Below are positions 18,801 through 28,408 of a stretch of DNA of 64,000 nucleotides, piece after piece. Each line of letters starts with the position of its first letter. The stretch's first letter is position 1. Below the pieces are notes generated by a model, which was not told the origin of the DNA, made no database searches, and saw only the letters and a program-made list of their open reading frames with translations. Made by a program: the position numbers and the translations under genes. This stretch comes from an uncultured Lachnospiraceae bacterium (GTDB lineage Bacteria > Bacillota > Clostridia > Lachnospirales > Lachnospiraceae). The stretch covers positions 10,942-74,941 of the forward strand of contig CALCMD010000101.1 of the NCBI GenBank assembly GCA_937965795.1, read 5' to 3'.

Positions 18801-20416
18801 CCCAGAGCAAAGTCAAACCATTCTATATATTTCTCGCCAATGTTTCGCCCGATGATTCCCTTTACCTCATCAATCGTATCCTCTTCGATAACAGGCATGT
18901 TATACTCAGACTCCTTATAGGGATCAGGAGCGGTAAATTCGGCGTCTTTTTTATTTCCCACTCTGGTTCCTTTGACCCGCACTTCGTTTAAAACCGCATT
19001 CGCATTCTGGGAATGATATTCCAGAAGGACGCGCACGCTGCTCGCCTTTACACCTCCTGCCTGCCAGGACTCTCCCTCCGCCGGACAGGATTCTTTGCCC
19101 GTCTTTTCCGCAAGCTTTGCATAATTCTGTCCATCATTGCTGTAATAAATGGAATACTGGGAATAGCCTGCCGCTGGCGTAAACACTTCTATTTCCGACA
19201 GGCTGTATTCACCGCCCAGGCCGATGTCCACATAAGCCGGATACTGTTTTGCCGTCCAGGTATTTTCCGTATTTCCATCCACGACTCTGTCCACGGTATC
19301 CTGATTGTAATTTGCATGAAGGTCTTTGCTTCCCCATGCAATATTCTCAGAATCAGCTTCCACGATCGCAGCTTTGTTTGCCAGAATCTGTATCTCGGCG
19401 AGCTGCGGGATGGACGTCTTTGCCGCATCGTTCCCGGCGGTAAACGTTACCTTTACATTCTGATATTCTGCTTCTTTTCCTTCGATTCCTTCCAGATCAC
19501 TCACGGAAATCTCCGCCTTGTTGTTTCCGGCGCCTGTTCCGATACTTCCTGACGTAATCTGTGCATATTCGGCATCCCATCTGGTCTTACCAAGAATCGT
19601 ATATCCATACTCGGCCCCGGAAGCATCCTCCTTCATGGCAAGAACAAACTGACGGATCTTCTGATCCGTGTCGAGCTGCACTTCCACAAACGGAAGCGTC
19701 CCGCTTTCTGCTGCGATCTGATTGAAATTCTTCGTATGCAGCGGTACGGACGTCGTAAAATCATTATCCGCCGCCAGCTTCTTATCTGCGGATGCGTCAG
19801 CGCCTGCTTCCAGTAAAACCTGCTGTGCTCTCGTCACAGCGATATTTTCCAGCTCGACGTTCTCCTCCGCCTCGCTGTCCACGTAAATTTCCGCTTCGCA
19901 AATTGCCGGCCAGAACTGGCCTGCCGCACCGTCCGTCAGCGGATTTGTCAGTGTCACATACAGATGTGACATCGCCTGCGGCGTCTCAAACACATACTCG
20001 TAGCCACCGCTTAAAGTTGCTCTTTTTTCAGAACCGTCCACCACGATCAGATCGCTCGTCACGCCGTTCAGTGCGTATTTCAGAACGACGTCCATACTGC
20101 GGTTTGCATACTGATTTTCGAATTTCAGAGCCACCTTTTTTACGCATTTTGTATTCGATGCCGGCAGCTTGAATTCGACGGTACACGGCCATAATGCGCC
20201 GTCATTCACCCACATGGTAGCGGTATTCCCGTCTACCATATTGGTTTCTTCTCTTCCGCCCTGTGCAGATGGCGCCGTAATCGTACATTCCGCGGCGATA
20301 TTCTGCAAGCTGGATTCCCTGCCGTCCGCCGCCAGCGCCGTTGCCGGAACCGCTGAAAGCGCCATACAAAGAGCCAGCAAAAGGCATATCGCCTGTTTCC
20401 ATAAGTTTCTTCCCAT
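15803..20416 (-). CDS. Secreted GH89 alpha-N-acetylglucosaminidase with N-terminal CBM32-like modules, FIVARs and a BspA-type LRR tail
   Basis: RYAYNYCTMSYS, WRKELDWLALNGVN, DPFHEGG and GITPEG (both catalytic Glu), LITTWG, LKDYSNRQWAGL; architecture like C. perfringens GH89. Confidence 0.93.
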   Translation of the reverse strand: MGRNLWKQAICLLLALCMALSAVPATALAADGRESSLQNIAAECTITAPSAQGGREETNMVDGNTATMWVNDGALWPCTVEFKLPASNTKCVKKVALKFENQYANRSMDVVLKYALNGVTSDLIVVDGSEKRATLSGGYEYVFETPQAMSHLYVTLTNPLTDGAAGQFWPAICEAEIYVDSEAEENVELENIAVTRAQQVLLEAGADASADKKLAADNDFTTSVPLHTKNFNQIAAESGTLPFVEVQLDTDQKIRQFVLAMKEDASGAEYGYTILGKTRWDAEYAQITSGSIGTGAGNNKAEISVSDLEGIEGKEAEYQNVKVTFTAGNDAAKTSIPQLAEIQILANKAAIVEADSENIAWGSKDLHANYNQDTVDRVVDGNTENTWTAKQYPAYVDIGLGGEYSLSEIEVFTPAAGYSQYSIYYSNDGQNYAKLAEKTGKESCPAEGESWQAGGVKASSVRVLLEYHSQNANAVLNEVRVKGTRVGNKKDAEFTAPDPYKESEYNMPVIEEDTIDEVKGIIGRNIGEKYIEWFDFALGAEGDYDYYEIEDTSDGRILITGNDGVSLASGLNYYLKYFCNVSITQVGNQVKMPEGIVSVGAKIHKECKVPVRYAYNYCTMSYSMPFWGENEWRKELDWLALNGVNLVLDITGQEEVWREFLGALGYSHEEAKDYIAGPAYYAWAYMANLSGYGGPVHDSWFTKRTELARKNQLIMRRLGMQPILQGYSGMVPVDIASRGTGQYALSSSDVIAQGNWCSFQRPYMLRTTSDAYKKYAALFYECQKNVYGDVTDYYATDPFHEGGNTGGMNVTEISSNVLDAMIDFDANAVWVIQAWQGNPSAALVNGLAGRKEHALILDLYAEKTPHWSDSRYSGGREFQSTPWVYCMLNNFGGRMGLHGHMDNIVSGVVTAANTAEKLTGIGITPEGSQNNPVLYDLLFETVWCDDASQPLTQINTETWLRDYVTRRYGAESENAYQAMRILENTVYKASLNNLGQGAPESYINARPNTSINAASTWGNAVISYDMSELERAAELLLEDYDILKDSDGYLYDVADILKQVLSNQSQSLHRDMVSALNARNLEQFTAASDKFLALIDKVEKVLGARKEFLLGTWVEQAKALADGTDDFSKDLYEFNAKSLITTWGAYNQCQSGGLKDYSNRQWAGLTRDYYKERWSMWIAYQKEVIAGTSPSGINWFEFEYAWARANTEYTTEASGTDLWVLGMDVLNKGVSNPSNEVEEAKEELWNLLFEKGEEGENAYSAQSWAVYAEALQEVRDVLKNANVQAAEVLAAKDKLENAFTALVPAVTAAKDDLAAYLKTLEGKAEKDYTPESWKKYADALAQAQAILTDENADKAAVLAARTKLEQASLALVKAEPPKKPIESGGKDKPIIPVENTIPAFYQTKTLRFKVTASTKTVTVQKVINKKAKKITIPEAVKISGYSYKVTEIAPKAFQKCTKLTQVVIGKNVKKIGKQAFWNCKKLKKVTVKSTVLKSVGKQAFKGISVKAKITVPKKKYKAYTKLFRKAKTGKSVKIVKK

Positions 20417-20472
20417 AATTACCCCCTTGATTTGTTTTTTGCAGAAAAGTTCTTCTTCTGCTTATCGTTTTA

Positions 20473-20501
20473 AGTATAACAAAGGAATGAAAAATGTTCA
20501 A
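20473..20501 (-). promoter_or_regulatory. Sigma-A-like promoter for GH89
   Basis: TTGAAC-17 nt-TATACT with TGn extension. Confidence 0.6.
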
Positions 20502-20505
20502 CTGT

Positions 20506-20871
20506 TTATGACAGCATTCCTCCAATCATCCCTCCCCCCGCGCAAAGAAGAAATGTCGTAACCATCTGCATTGGCTGCACCGTGATTCCATGCTTTACTG
20601 CCAGAGAAACAAGAAACAGCAGTACAAAATAAGCGCTTCCGACTGCGAGTCCCCACAGAAATTTTCTGCTGCCGCACTGTTTCCCCGCGAAAAATCCACC
20701 AAGAAAGCAGGATATCAGATAAACGGCAATAATGCCTATGGATACTTTCCCCTCATCCAGCTCAAACTGAAAGAGAAGAAACGTCAGCAAAAACAGTAAA
20801 ACAACGGTAACTATGCAGGATAGAACCAACGATTTCAAGATTGCAGACAATTTCCATCTGCTTACATTCAT
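20506..20871 (-). CDS. TIGR04086-like four-TM membrane protein
   Basis: Hydrophobic 121 aa with GGFFAGK...RKFLWGL...GGMIGGMLS. Confidence 0.75.
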   Translation of the reverse strand: MNVSRWKLSAILKSLVLSCIVTVVLLFLLTFLLFQFELDEGKVSIGIIAVYLISCFLGGFFAGKQCGSRKFLWGLAVGSAYFVLLFLVSLAVKHGITVQPMQMVTTFLLCAGGGMIGGMLS

Positions 20872-20944
20872 AATGATACGCTCCCATTCACTCTTTGTCC
20901 CTTGAGAAAATATATGCCGCCTGTTTTCCGGTTATGCGCGGCAG

Positions 20945-20988
20945 AAAAAAGACTGCCGCGGAATTTTTTTACTTCTTCCACGACAGTC
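20945..20988 (-). terminator. Terminator after the GH2/lipoprotein unit
   Basis: Minus strand GACTGTCGTGGAA...TTCCGCGGCAGTC followed by TTTTTT. Confidence 0.7.
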
Positions 20989-20995
20989 CACTGAT

Positions 20996-21415
20996 TTACC
21001 GGATCATAAACTGCACCAGTTCCATCTCTTCATTAAAGGCGATGCTGAACACGATTTCCCCGTTCGCATAAGTCCCTTCGATAATGGCCCCTCCATACCT
21101 GGTTCCCGTTGCCTTATCCTCATTTCCTACAATATCTACATCCGAAATCTCCTGAAACGCTCCCTTTTCATCCAGAATCGGATCACAGCTCTCTTCAAAC
21201 TGTTCCACCGTATTTTTTTCTTTCAGATTCGCATCCCCTTTATCAATGATTCCCTGATAATCTCTCTTATTAAACAGATCAACCAGCTTTTCCCCTTCTT
21301 CTCTTACCACGGCCTCATCAAAAGAATCCGGAAGTTTTTCTTTCTGATTGCATCCGGTCAGGCAGACCGCTCCCAGAAAGATCAATGCCATAGACTTCAC
21401 AATTGCTTTTTTCAT
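20996..21415 (-). CDS. Lipoprotein, DUF3887-like
   Basis: Start at MKKAIVKS; lipobox CLTGC; LPDSFDEAVV. Confidence 0.7.
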   Translation of the reverse strand: MKKAIVKSMALIFLGAVCLTGCNQKEKLPDSFDEAVVREEGEKLVDLFNKRDYQGIIDKGDANLKEKNTVEQFEESCDPILDEKGAFQEISDVDIVGNEDKATGTRYGGAIIEGTYANGEIVFSIAFNEEMELVQFMIR

Positions 21416-21437
21416 TCTGCTATTCCTTTTATCTGCT

Positions 21438-24400
21438 TTATTTTTTACCATATATGCTGCCTTTTCCGACGCCGGCTTTCTTCATTCTCTTCTTCAGATT
21501 ACTTACCTGCTTTTTCGCCATTTTTTTCGGCACTAGGATTCTGCATTTTGCTGAAATTCCTTTGAATGCCTGCTTTCCGGCCTTTGGAGCCTTCATCACC
21601 TGGAAGGTTATCTTTTTGAGCTTTTTGCATTGGAAGAAACTCTTCTGTCCGATTGTGGTAACATTTTTCCCGATCACAAGGGTTTTCAGCTTCGCATTCT
21701 TCTGGAACGCTTTCGCAGACACCGACGTGACTTTAAAGACATAACCATTTAACTTCACGGTCGCCGGAATCTTCACAGAAACCGGATTCTTTTTCGCAGC
21801 TTTTACGACTGCCACCGTCCCTCCTGCCGCAGAGGCTTTCGTCACACGGTAAACCAGTTTTCCGTCCTTCCAGACCGAACCTTCCGCCGGTACCTGCACT
21901 CTCGGCGGATCATGCGGTTCCTCCGTTCCGCTGTTCTTTTCGTAAAGCGTAACTGTAATCTGCGCTTTCTGCGCAGCGCCAAACGCAATGCCGGGAATCT
22001 GTGCCACTTCTCCGGTGAGAACTATCGTTCCCGCCTTCGCACTGTTGTAATCCTTACGATTCCAGGTCACAGGAAGCGTCATAGATGTTCCATCCTGTAA
22101 CTGAACCATAACTTCTCCCGGCAGTTTTAAATTTTCAAACGCAGTACCTGCCGCAGCCTGAATGCCTTCCGGCTGAATGATTGTCTTTATCTCTCTCGGC
22201 TCTGTCTCCGTACCATAAACGCTGAACAGCCCGAATCCCTGTCCTTCGGCATGTCCTGCCGGCAAGGTCACGCGCACATATCTTGCCGTACCTTCCACCA
22301 TTTCATAAGGCTGAATCTCACTGTTTCCTTCTGCGCTTCTGTCTACGACTGTCTCCCATGTCTTTCCATCCACGGAAATATCAATCCGGTATCTGTGCTC
22401 CTCCAGGGCATTCCAGGTCATCTGCACATTGTCCAGATCATAAAGCCCGTTCATATCCACATACCACCAGGCTTCCCCCTGGCCTTCCGGATACCAGTAC
22501 CATCCCGGCACTCCATTGTTTCCGTCTTCGGGTTTCGATCCGGCCTTGCTTGAGGAAGCGAACGCCGCCTTCTCCCTGGCTGTGTTCGTCAGATGATACT
22601 CCGTTTTTTCTCCATAAGCCGCGATTTCCCGGATTGCCGGCCATTGGCTTGCAGGATTCTTTGTTGAAATATCATAAATTCTCAAGTACTGTACAATCTC
22701 GTCCAGACTGATTTCGGCAAGCTGGCCAAAACCTGCTCCTTGCCTGAAATCCTGAATGTCTCTGTAATGCTTTCCATCGATAGAGCCCTGTAAGACAAAT
22801 TTATATTCTGCATCCGCTTTTTCAAACAGCACATTCACATCGGAAAGATGGTAGGTTCCCTTTAAATCCACCTGAATCCAGTGTCCTGTTGTTCCTGCTC
22901 CTCCCCGTGCGCACCAGAGAGTATCCGTATTTCCGTCTACTGCATATTCTGCTTTTTCCTGCCCGTTTCCTCCGGTATTGACCGAGCTTGCCGACACCGG
23001 CTTATTCATGGCAACGTTTTTCGCATCTCCGGTTCCGGAAACCTCACGCAATACCGCCCATTCTCCGTTAGACGCCTGTGTAAAGCTGATTCTGACATAA
23101 CGTCCCTTTACCGGCTCGTCAAAAAAGAGATCGGTATCCGCGCTTCCCATGCTGCGGTCTGCAACGATATGCTCTGTATAATTGGCGTCCGTCATCGGTT
23201 CATCTGAAACCGCAACGGTATAATAATAATTTGCTCCCGGTGTTTCAAAAGACAGGCTCATGCTTTCCAGCGTATGCTCATCCCCCAGGTCAGCTTCCCA
23301 CCACTGCGGATAGCTGCCGCTGGAAGCGCACCACTTTGTATTTTCATCCCCGTCATTCGCATTTTCCTTCTGCTCTACGGTGTTTCCCGATATGTTTTCT
23401 GTGCTTGCTCTGGAAGCTTTTCCCCGGAAAATATTCACCGCTTCTTTTCCGGACTCTGCATATTCATCCGCATCTCCGCCTTCCGGCGCTTCATCCAGAC
23501 CACTTACCGGCTCTGTCGGAATCACGATCTCCGCCGTGCGCAGCCCGTCAGCCGAAGCTCTCAGACGGATATCTCCGCTTCCACGCTTACTCTTTACCCA
23601 GACCGCAAGCTGCCCGCCTTTTGTCGTGATCGTCTTGGGTCCCACTACCAGGCCAGGGCCTTCCGTTTCCAAGTCTACATCCATATAAGCATCTGTCACT
23701 ACCGTACCGGCCTCGTCTGTAATATCGATCCAGACCAGTTTCGCACTGCTTCCATCCAGCGGAACCGCAGCATCGCTCTCCGGCCGGAGCGCCACGGTAC
23801 TCGCCTGTCCCGGCGTCCTTCTGATATACTCTGCCGCTTCTTTTCCATTAATTTTTCCGACTGCCCTGAGCTCGCCTGCTTCATACTGATCCAGTTCAAA
23901 TGTAATCGGGGCGTTCTGAAGGCTGTCGGCGCTGATTTCTTTTCCTTTCCCGTTTGGATAATTCATCGGATCTACATCGCCATGCGGTCCCCAGATCGTC
24001 GTATCGTGTCCCTTTTCGCCCAGTGATTTTCCATTTAAAAACAGCTCTACCGTATCACAGTTACTAAAAATACGTACTTCCGTATCTGCCTTGTCGTCCC
24101 ATGCGTTCGCGATAAATACCATAGGGCCGCTCTCCAGACCATATTCCGTCAAATCTGTGTCCGCGCTTCTCTGACTCCGGAAGAAATATGCCCCATACTT
24201 TGGAATCCGGTAAAGATCTACCACGCCGCAGCATGTCAGGATTCCGCTGTCAAACCCGGCATAATCCGCATAATCCCAGTACATGGACGCCGCAAGCCAC
24301 TGTGCCCCCCGCGAGCGGTTTGTCTGCACGCTCTCCTGTATATTGTCGGCCTGCACCAGCATTCCCTCGTCGCCGCCTCTTACTCTGAAATTATTTTCTG

Positions 24401-25991
24401 CTTCTCTGGTAACACGGGTAGTAGAGGAGGAACCGCCATAATTCCAGTCCCCATACTCCGCGATAATCATCGGTTTATTGGCATACGCCGGATTTTCTGC
24501 GCCATAACCGCTGTTTCTGAAAATTCCCGCCTGCGGTGTGGAAAGTCCGATATCCCACGCTTCCCAGCTTATACATCCCGCCGTATACGCATAGCTCTGT
24601 CCATCTGCGGGATACTCCTCCTTGGCGATGCGGTTCATCTCTGACGCCCACGCCGAAGTATAATGGCTCTCATTCAGGCTTGTCTCCCATGCCACGATAC
24701 ATGGATGGTTTCTCTTATGCCGGATGTCCGTCCGCAGTTCCCGGTACGTACTCTCCTTAAATGCGTCCGTATTGTTGAAATACTGCCAGCCGGAAGCACA
24801 TTCCAGAACCATGACGCCATATTTATCACAGGCGTCGTAATAAGCCTGCCGATGCGGGTAATGCGACATACGCATAAAATCAAAGCCATTTTCTTTAAAG
24901 CGCTTCACTTCCTCATAGATTGCATTATCCGGCGCCGCATTTCCAAACATATACGTTTCTTCATGGAGATTTGCGCCGCTTACATCCATCTTTTCATCAT
25001 TGATATAAATGCCGTCTCTCTTCCACTCCACTTTCCGGATTCCGTAAGAAGTCTCCTGTACATCTTTTACGGCGCCTCCTGCCCTGACCGTGGAACGTAC
25101 CGTATACAAATTCGGTGTGTTCGGCGACCACAGTCTTGGATTCGATACCGTCATGGACTGTTCAAAGGTTTCCGCGCGTCCGGCTCCAAGCTCCATCCGG
25201 TCCTCTTTTTGTGCCGCTACCGTTCCATCCGCATCCAGAAGCTCCGTCAGAAGCGTCACTTCTTCTTTTCCACTCGTTTCATTTTCCACATGCGTCTTTA
25301 CCTTCAGCGTCGCTTCCTCCCTGCTGACGCCGGGCGCAGTAATGAATACGCCGCCGCCCGCCGTGACGTCAGCTTCTACCGCATCCGTGATATGCAGTCC
25401 GTCCGTCACTGTCAGATAAGAATTTCCATAGATTCCCCCAAAATACTGAAAATCCGGCACGTCCTTTCCTGGCGCAAAGGATTGGTTCGCACGGCTGTCT
25501 GCCTTGACTGCAATCACATTCTCCTCTCCATACCGAACCTTCTCGCTAATATCAATCACAAAAGGAATGTAGCCTCCCTCATGGGTCCATACAAGAGCCC
25601 CATTGATATACACATCCGCTTTCTGCATAATTCCTTCAAAAGTCAGAAACAGCTTTTTCCCTCTCAGGTTTTCGTCTATTGAAAAATGTTTCCGATACCA
25701 ACTGATTCCGAGATACGCATCCTTATTTTCCGCCGTGTAGAAGGTAGTAGAATGCGGAAGATTTACATATCCCCATTTCCGATCTTCAAATTCCTTTTTG
25801 TCCGCATCCTGCACGTCACCTTTCTTATAACACCAGTCCGTGTTAAAAGAAATGGTTTCCCTCGTCTGTTCTTCCTGCAAAGCTGTCGACGCCACAGGCA
25901 CGTCTTCTGCTTGTACTTTTCCATTCCCCACACTCAACCCGGAAACTGCCAGGGTAAACGCCAGCAGGGAGGCTAATACACGCTTTTTCAT
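21438..25991 (-). CDS. Secreted GH2 beta-glycosidase with three F5/8 (CBM32) modules, Ig domain and LRR tail
   Basis: GISWYRKHF, FEGIMQ, FQYFGGIY, RMSHYP, WETSLNE (acid/base), IIAEYG (nucleophile); three WWEADLG/WIQVDL/WWYVDM-type modules. Confidence 0.92.
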   Translation of the reverse strand: MKKRVLASLLAFTLAVSGLSVGNGKVQAEDVPVASTALQEEQTRETISFNTDWCYKKGDVQDADKKEFEDRKWGYVNLPHSTTFYTAENKDAYLGISWYRKHFSIDENLRGKKLFLTFEGIMQKADVYINGALVWTHEGGYIPFVIDISEKVRYGEENVIAVKADSRANQSFAPGKDVPDFQYFGGIYGNSYLTVTDGLHITDAVEADVTAGGGVFITAPGVSREEATLKVKTHVENETSGKEEVTLLTELLDADGTVAAQKEDRMELGAGRAETFEQSMTVSNPRLWSPNTPNLYTVRSTVRAGGAVKDVQETSYGIRKVEWKRDGIYINDEKMDVSGANLHEETYMFGNAAPDNAIYEEVKRFKENGFDFMRMSHYPHRQAYYDACDKYGVMVLECASGWQYFNNTDAFKESTYRELRTDIRHKRNHPCIVAWETSLNESHYTSAWASEMNRIAKEEYPADGQSYAYTAGCISWEAWDIGLSTPQAGIFRNSGYGAENPAYANKPMIIAEYGDWNYGGSSSTTRVTREAENNFRVRGGDEGMLVQADNIQESVQTNRSRGAQWLAASMYWDYADYAGFDSGILTCCGVVDLYRIPKYGAYFFRSQRSADTDLTEYGLESGPMVFIANAWDDKADTEVRIFSNCDTVELFLNGKSLGEKGHDTTIWGPHGDVDPMNYPNGKGKEISADSLQNAPITFELDQYEAGELRAVGKINGKEAAEYIRRTPGQASTVALRPESDAAVPLDGSSAKLVWIDITDEAGTVVTDAYMDVDLETEGPGLVVGPKTITTKGGQLAVWVKSKRGSGDIRLRASADGLRTAEIVIPTEPVSGLDEAPEGGDADEYAESGKEAVNIFRGKASRASTENISGNTVEQKENANDGDENTKWCASSGSYPQWWEADLGDEHTLESMSLSFETPGANYYYTVAVSDEPMTDANYTEHIVADRSMGSADTDLFFDEPVKGRYVRISFTQASNGEWAVLREVSGTGDAKNVAMNKPVSASSVNTGGNGQEKAEYAVDGNTDTLWCARGGAGTTGHWIQVDLKGTYHLSDVNVLFEKADAEYKFVLQGSIDGKHYRDIQDFRQGAGFGQLAEISLDEIVQYLRIYDISTKNPASQWPAIREIAAYGEKTEYHLTNTAREKAAFASSSKAGSKPEDGNNGVPGWYWYPEGQGEAWWYVDMNGLYDLDNVQMTWNALEEHRYRIDISVDGKTWETVVDRSAEGNSEIQPYEMVEGTARYVRVTLPAGHAEGQGFGLFSVYGTETEPREIKTIIQPEGIQAAAGTAFENLKLPGEVMVQLQDGTSMTLPVTWNRKDYNSAKAGTIVLTGEVAQIPGIAFGAAQKAQITVTLYEKNSGTEEPHDPPRVQVPAEGSVWKDGKLVYRVTKASAAGGTVAVVKAAKKNPVSVKIPATVKLNGYVFKVTSVSAKAFQKNAKLKTLVIGKNVTTIGQKSFFQCKKLKKITFQVMKAPKAGKQAFKGISAKCRILVPKKMAKKQVSNLKKRMKKAGVGKGSIYGKK

Positions 25992-26029
25992 TCTCTCATC
26001 TCCTTATGCAAAATAAATTTCTTACTCAT

Positions 26030-26058
26030 ATTCTACTATCTGCCCTCTGTTTATTCAA
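26030..26058 (-). promoter_or_regulatory. Sigma-A-like promoter for GH2
   Basis: TTGAAT-17 nt-TAGAAT. Confidence 0.55.
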
Positions 26059-26132
26059 TCCTTTTTTCACAAAAACTGCCCGTTCTTTTCTATTCCGGCG
26101 CCCCCGCGGCCGCATTCCAGCTATAAAAAATG

Positions 26133-26169
26133 AAGGGACATTCCAAAATCGTGCATTGGAATATCCCTT
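26133..26169 (-). terminator. Terminator after the C69 peptidase
   Basis: AAGGGACATTCCAA / TTGGAATATCCCTT inverted repeat; T-tract follows on the minus strand. Confidence 0.7.
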
Positions 26170-26185
26170 TCTCTTTCCTTAATTT

Positions 26186-28138
26186 TTATTTTACAGTTAC
26201 TTTTACTTTTTTTGTCACACCATTACACTGAATCGTAATGGTTGCCTTTCCCTTTTTCATGCCTTTTATAACACCTTTGGAAGTTACTTTTGCAACTCTC
26301 TTCGCAGAAGATTTGAAAGTCACTTTCTTTCCTGCCGCATTCTTAACCTTAACTTTAATGGTTATTTTTTTCCCTTTCTTTACCGTATAAGAGGATTTAT
26401 TGGTAGTAAGCACGGTAACGGAAGGATTTGACGTCTGCGCCGCTTTTAATTGTTCCTGCGCCTTTGCAAGCTCCTGTTTTGCTGTTTCAGCTTCTTTTTT
26501 TGCTTTTTCAGCCTCCGCTTTTGCATTTGCGGCTTCTGTAGTCAGCTTATTGACCTCTTCCTGCGTAGCCACCAGGTTTTTCGGCTCGTATACCATATCA
26601 TAAGAGTAAGCAGAATACTGTTCTTCTGTCAGAAGTGACGGTGTGAAAACACGGGATAACTGCCCGTTCGTGCTGGCAACGCGCGCCAAAAGCTCTTTGT
26701 AAATCTGCTTTGCATTTGCAATCGCTTCATTGGAAACTGCCATTCCGAGGTTCGTTGCCTTTGCCAAAACCGCCGACGGGTCTGCGGCATACAGCGCAAG
26801 CATCTGCTCATCTACTCCCGGCTGTGCGTCGATCAGTGAATTCACATAATTTGTCCAGTACTGTTTAATGTTCACTGCCGCCACATCTCTGGATTCCGTT
26901 CCGGAAATGCTCAGAGAAGCGAGGGAGCGGAACGCCCAGTAAGCGGAGTTTTCATTTGCTGTCTTTTCAGCGATTTTGTACGCCGGAAGGGTATCTGTAA
27001 TCGCCGCACTGTAAAACGGAAGAACCGGCGACAGGTCTGCGGAACCCATAGCCAGCCACTCGATCGTGGCAAGCTCTGTGGGCATATCCGGACGAATCTG
27101 CATAATATGGGACTCACAGGTACGGTAAGAACCAATAACGGTTCCCTGTCCCTCAAAGTCCGTTCCTTCATACTGTGTACCTGCAATCTTGTACAGTGTC
27201 TGTACGGTAACCGGTTCCTTCGGCGTTACAAACATTTCATAGTCTGTGTCGGTCGGCGTGAGCGTAGCCGCCAAATCCGGATTAAAGATAATCTGGCCGC
27301 CCCAGATACGGTAAGAGTTTCCGGCAGTTACCTGGGCTGCATAGGAATTCTTAACAGAGATCAGATTCTCATTGCTTTCATCCTCTCCTCTTACCAGCGT
27401 TCCGGCCTGTTCTGCTGTAGAAATCAGTCCTTCCGAAGCAATTACATGTTCCGTATCTGTCACATCAATGGTCTGAATCATAAAGCAGTTTGGCATCATG
27501 GCTGCCTTATCGTCCGGCATTTTGATCGCCGCATACTGATGGCCGGACAGAATCTCTATGTACCAGCACTCATCTTTATCTGCAATCATCAGTGTATTTC
27601 CTTCGCCTGCCCCATAAGTATCCACGATATCTGCCAGAAACTCTACACCTTCTCTTGCAGTTTTCACACATGGCAGGACTGCGCTTACCATACTGGATTC
27701 CGTAATCCCGCTGCGGATGAACGGGTCTGCATCACGAATTGCCTTGACTGGAGAAGCGGACTCGGTCGCAGACATGGAAACGCCAAACTCATTGGTGCCG
27801 ACTTCTCCAAAAAGATCTCCGCCGTATCCCGGATCATCCTCACATGCCGTATAACGGTATGTTTCTGCCGGCCACGGCATGGTAAAGGATGTCACATCTG
27901 TATACATCTCGCCCTCTGCATGTTTTGCAGCCGGATAAACTTTAAAAATCTTACTGTGGGAGCCGCCGATATCCTCTGTCCTTCCAAACAGGATAGAACC
28001 GTCTGCGGTTACTTTCTTTCCGGCATAGTAGGAAGTACATGCCTCGGCAGTCATGCTGCCGGCCGCAATGGAAATCACACCGGCTGCCAATGTCAAAAGC
28101 AGCCCGTGGGCAGCCATTCTGAATCCTTTTCTTTTCAT
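26186..28138 (-). CDS. Secreted C69-family dipeptidase (Ntn hydrolase) with coiled coil and Big_2 tail
   Basis: Signal peptide ending AEA, then CTSYYAGKKVTADGSILFGRTED (N-terminal Cys nucleophile); GTNEFGVSMSATES; TAREGVE; SAYWAF. Confidence 0.9.
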   Translation of the reverse strand: MKRKGFRMAAHGLLLTLAAGVISIAAGSMTAEACTSYYAGKKVTADGSILFGRTEDIGGSHSKIFKVYPAAKHAEGEMYTDVTSFTMPWPAETYRYTACEDDPGYGGDLFGEVGTNEFGVSMSATESASPVKAIRDADPFIRSGITESSMVSAVLPCVKTAREGVEFLADIVDTYGAGEGNTLMIADKDECWYIEILSGHQYAAIKMPDDKAAMMPNCFMIQTIDVTDTEHVIASEGLISTAEQAGTLVRGEDESNENLISVKNSYAAQVTAGNSYRIWGGQIIFNPDLAATLTPTDTDYEMFVTPKEPVTVQTLYKIAGTQYEGTDFEGQGTVIGSYRTCESHIMQIRPDMPTELATIEWLAMGSADLSPVLPFYSAAITDTLPAYKIAEKTANENSAYWAFRSLASLSISGTESRDVAAVNIKQYWTNYVNSLIDAQPGVDEQMLALYAADPSAVLAKATNLGMAVSNEAIANAKQIYKELLARVASTNGQLSRVFTPSLLTEEQYSAYSYDMVYEPKNLVATQEEVNKLTTEAANAKAEAEKAKKEAETAKQELAKAQEQLKAAQTSNPSVTVLTTNKSSYTVKKGKKITIKVKVKNAAGKKVTFKSSAKRVAKVTSKGVIKGMKKGKATITIQCNGVTKKVKVTVK

Positions 28139-28318
28139 AAATTACTCCTTCTTTCCTCTCTGAGATATTAAAAATTGTCGGCAGGCACATAAAAAAAGAG
28201 ACTATCCACCTGAGAAATAGACCCCTTTGCCTTGACCGGTTATTATTATACATCTTTCTGCATAAAAATCAACCGCAAATTTTCGCAAATTTTTAAGTAC
28301 TGCGGAAAGGGCGAAATC

Positions 28319-28347
28319 TTGACATTTAGCTAATGATAGGCTATAAT
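28319..28347 (+). promoter_or_regulatory. Consensus sigma-A promoter of greA-lysS
   Basis: TTGACA-17 nt-TATAAT, exact consensus. Confidence 0.9.
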
Positions 28348-28408
28348 ACTGTGATTGTTAAGTGGGTGATTGGCTTGCTTTTAAGAACTTCGAAAGGGTG
28401 TAAATAAA

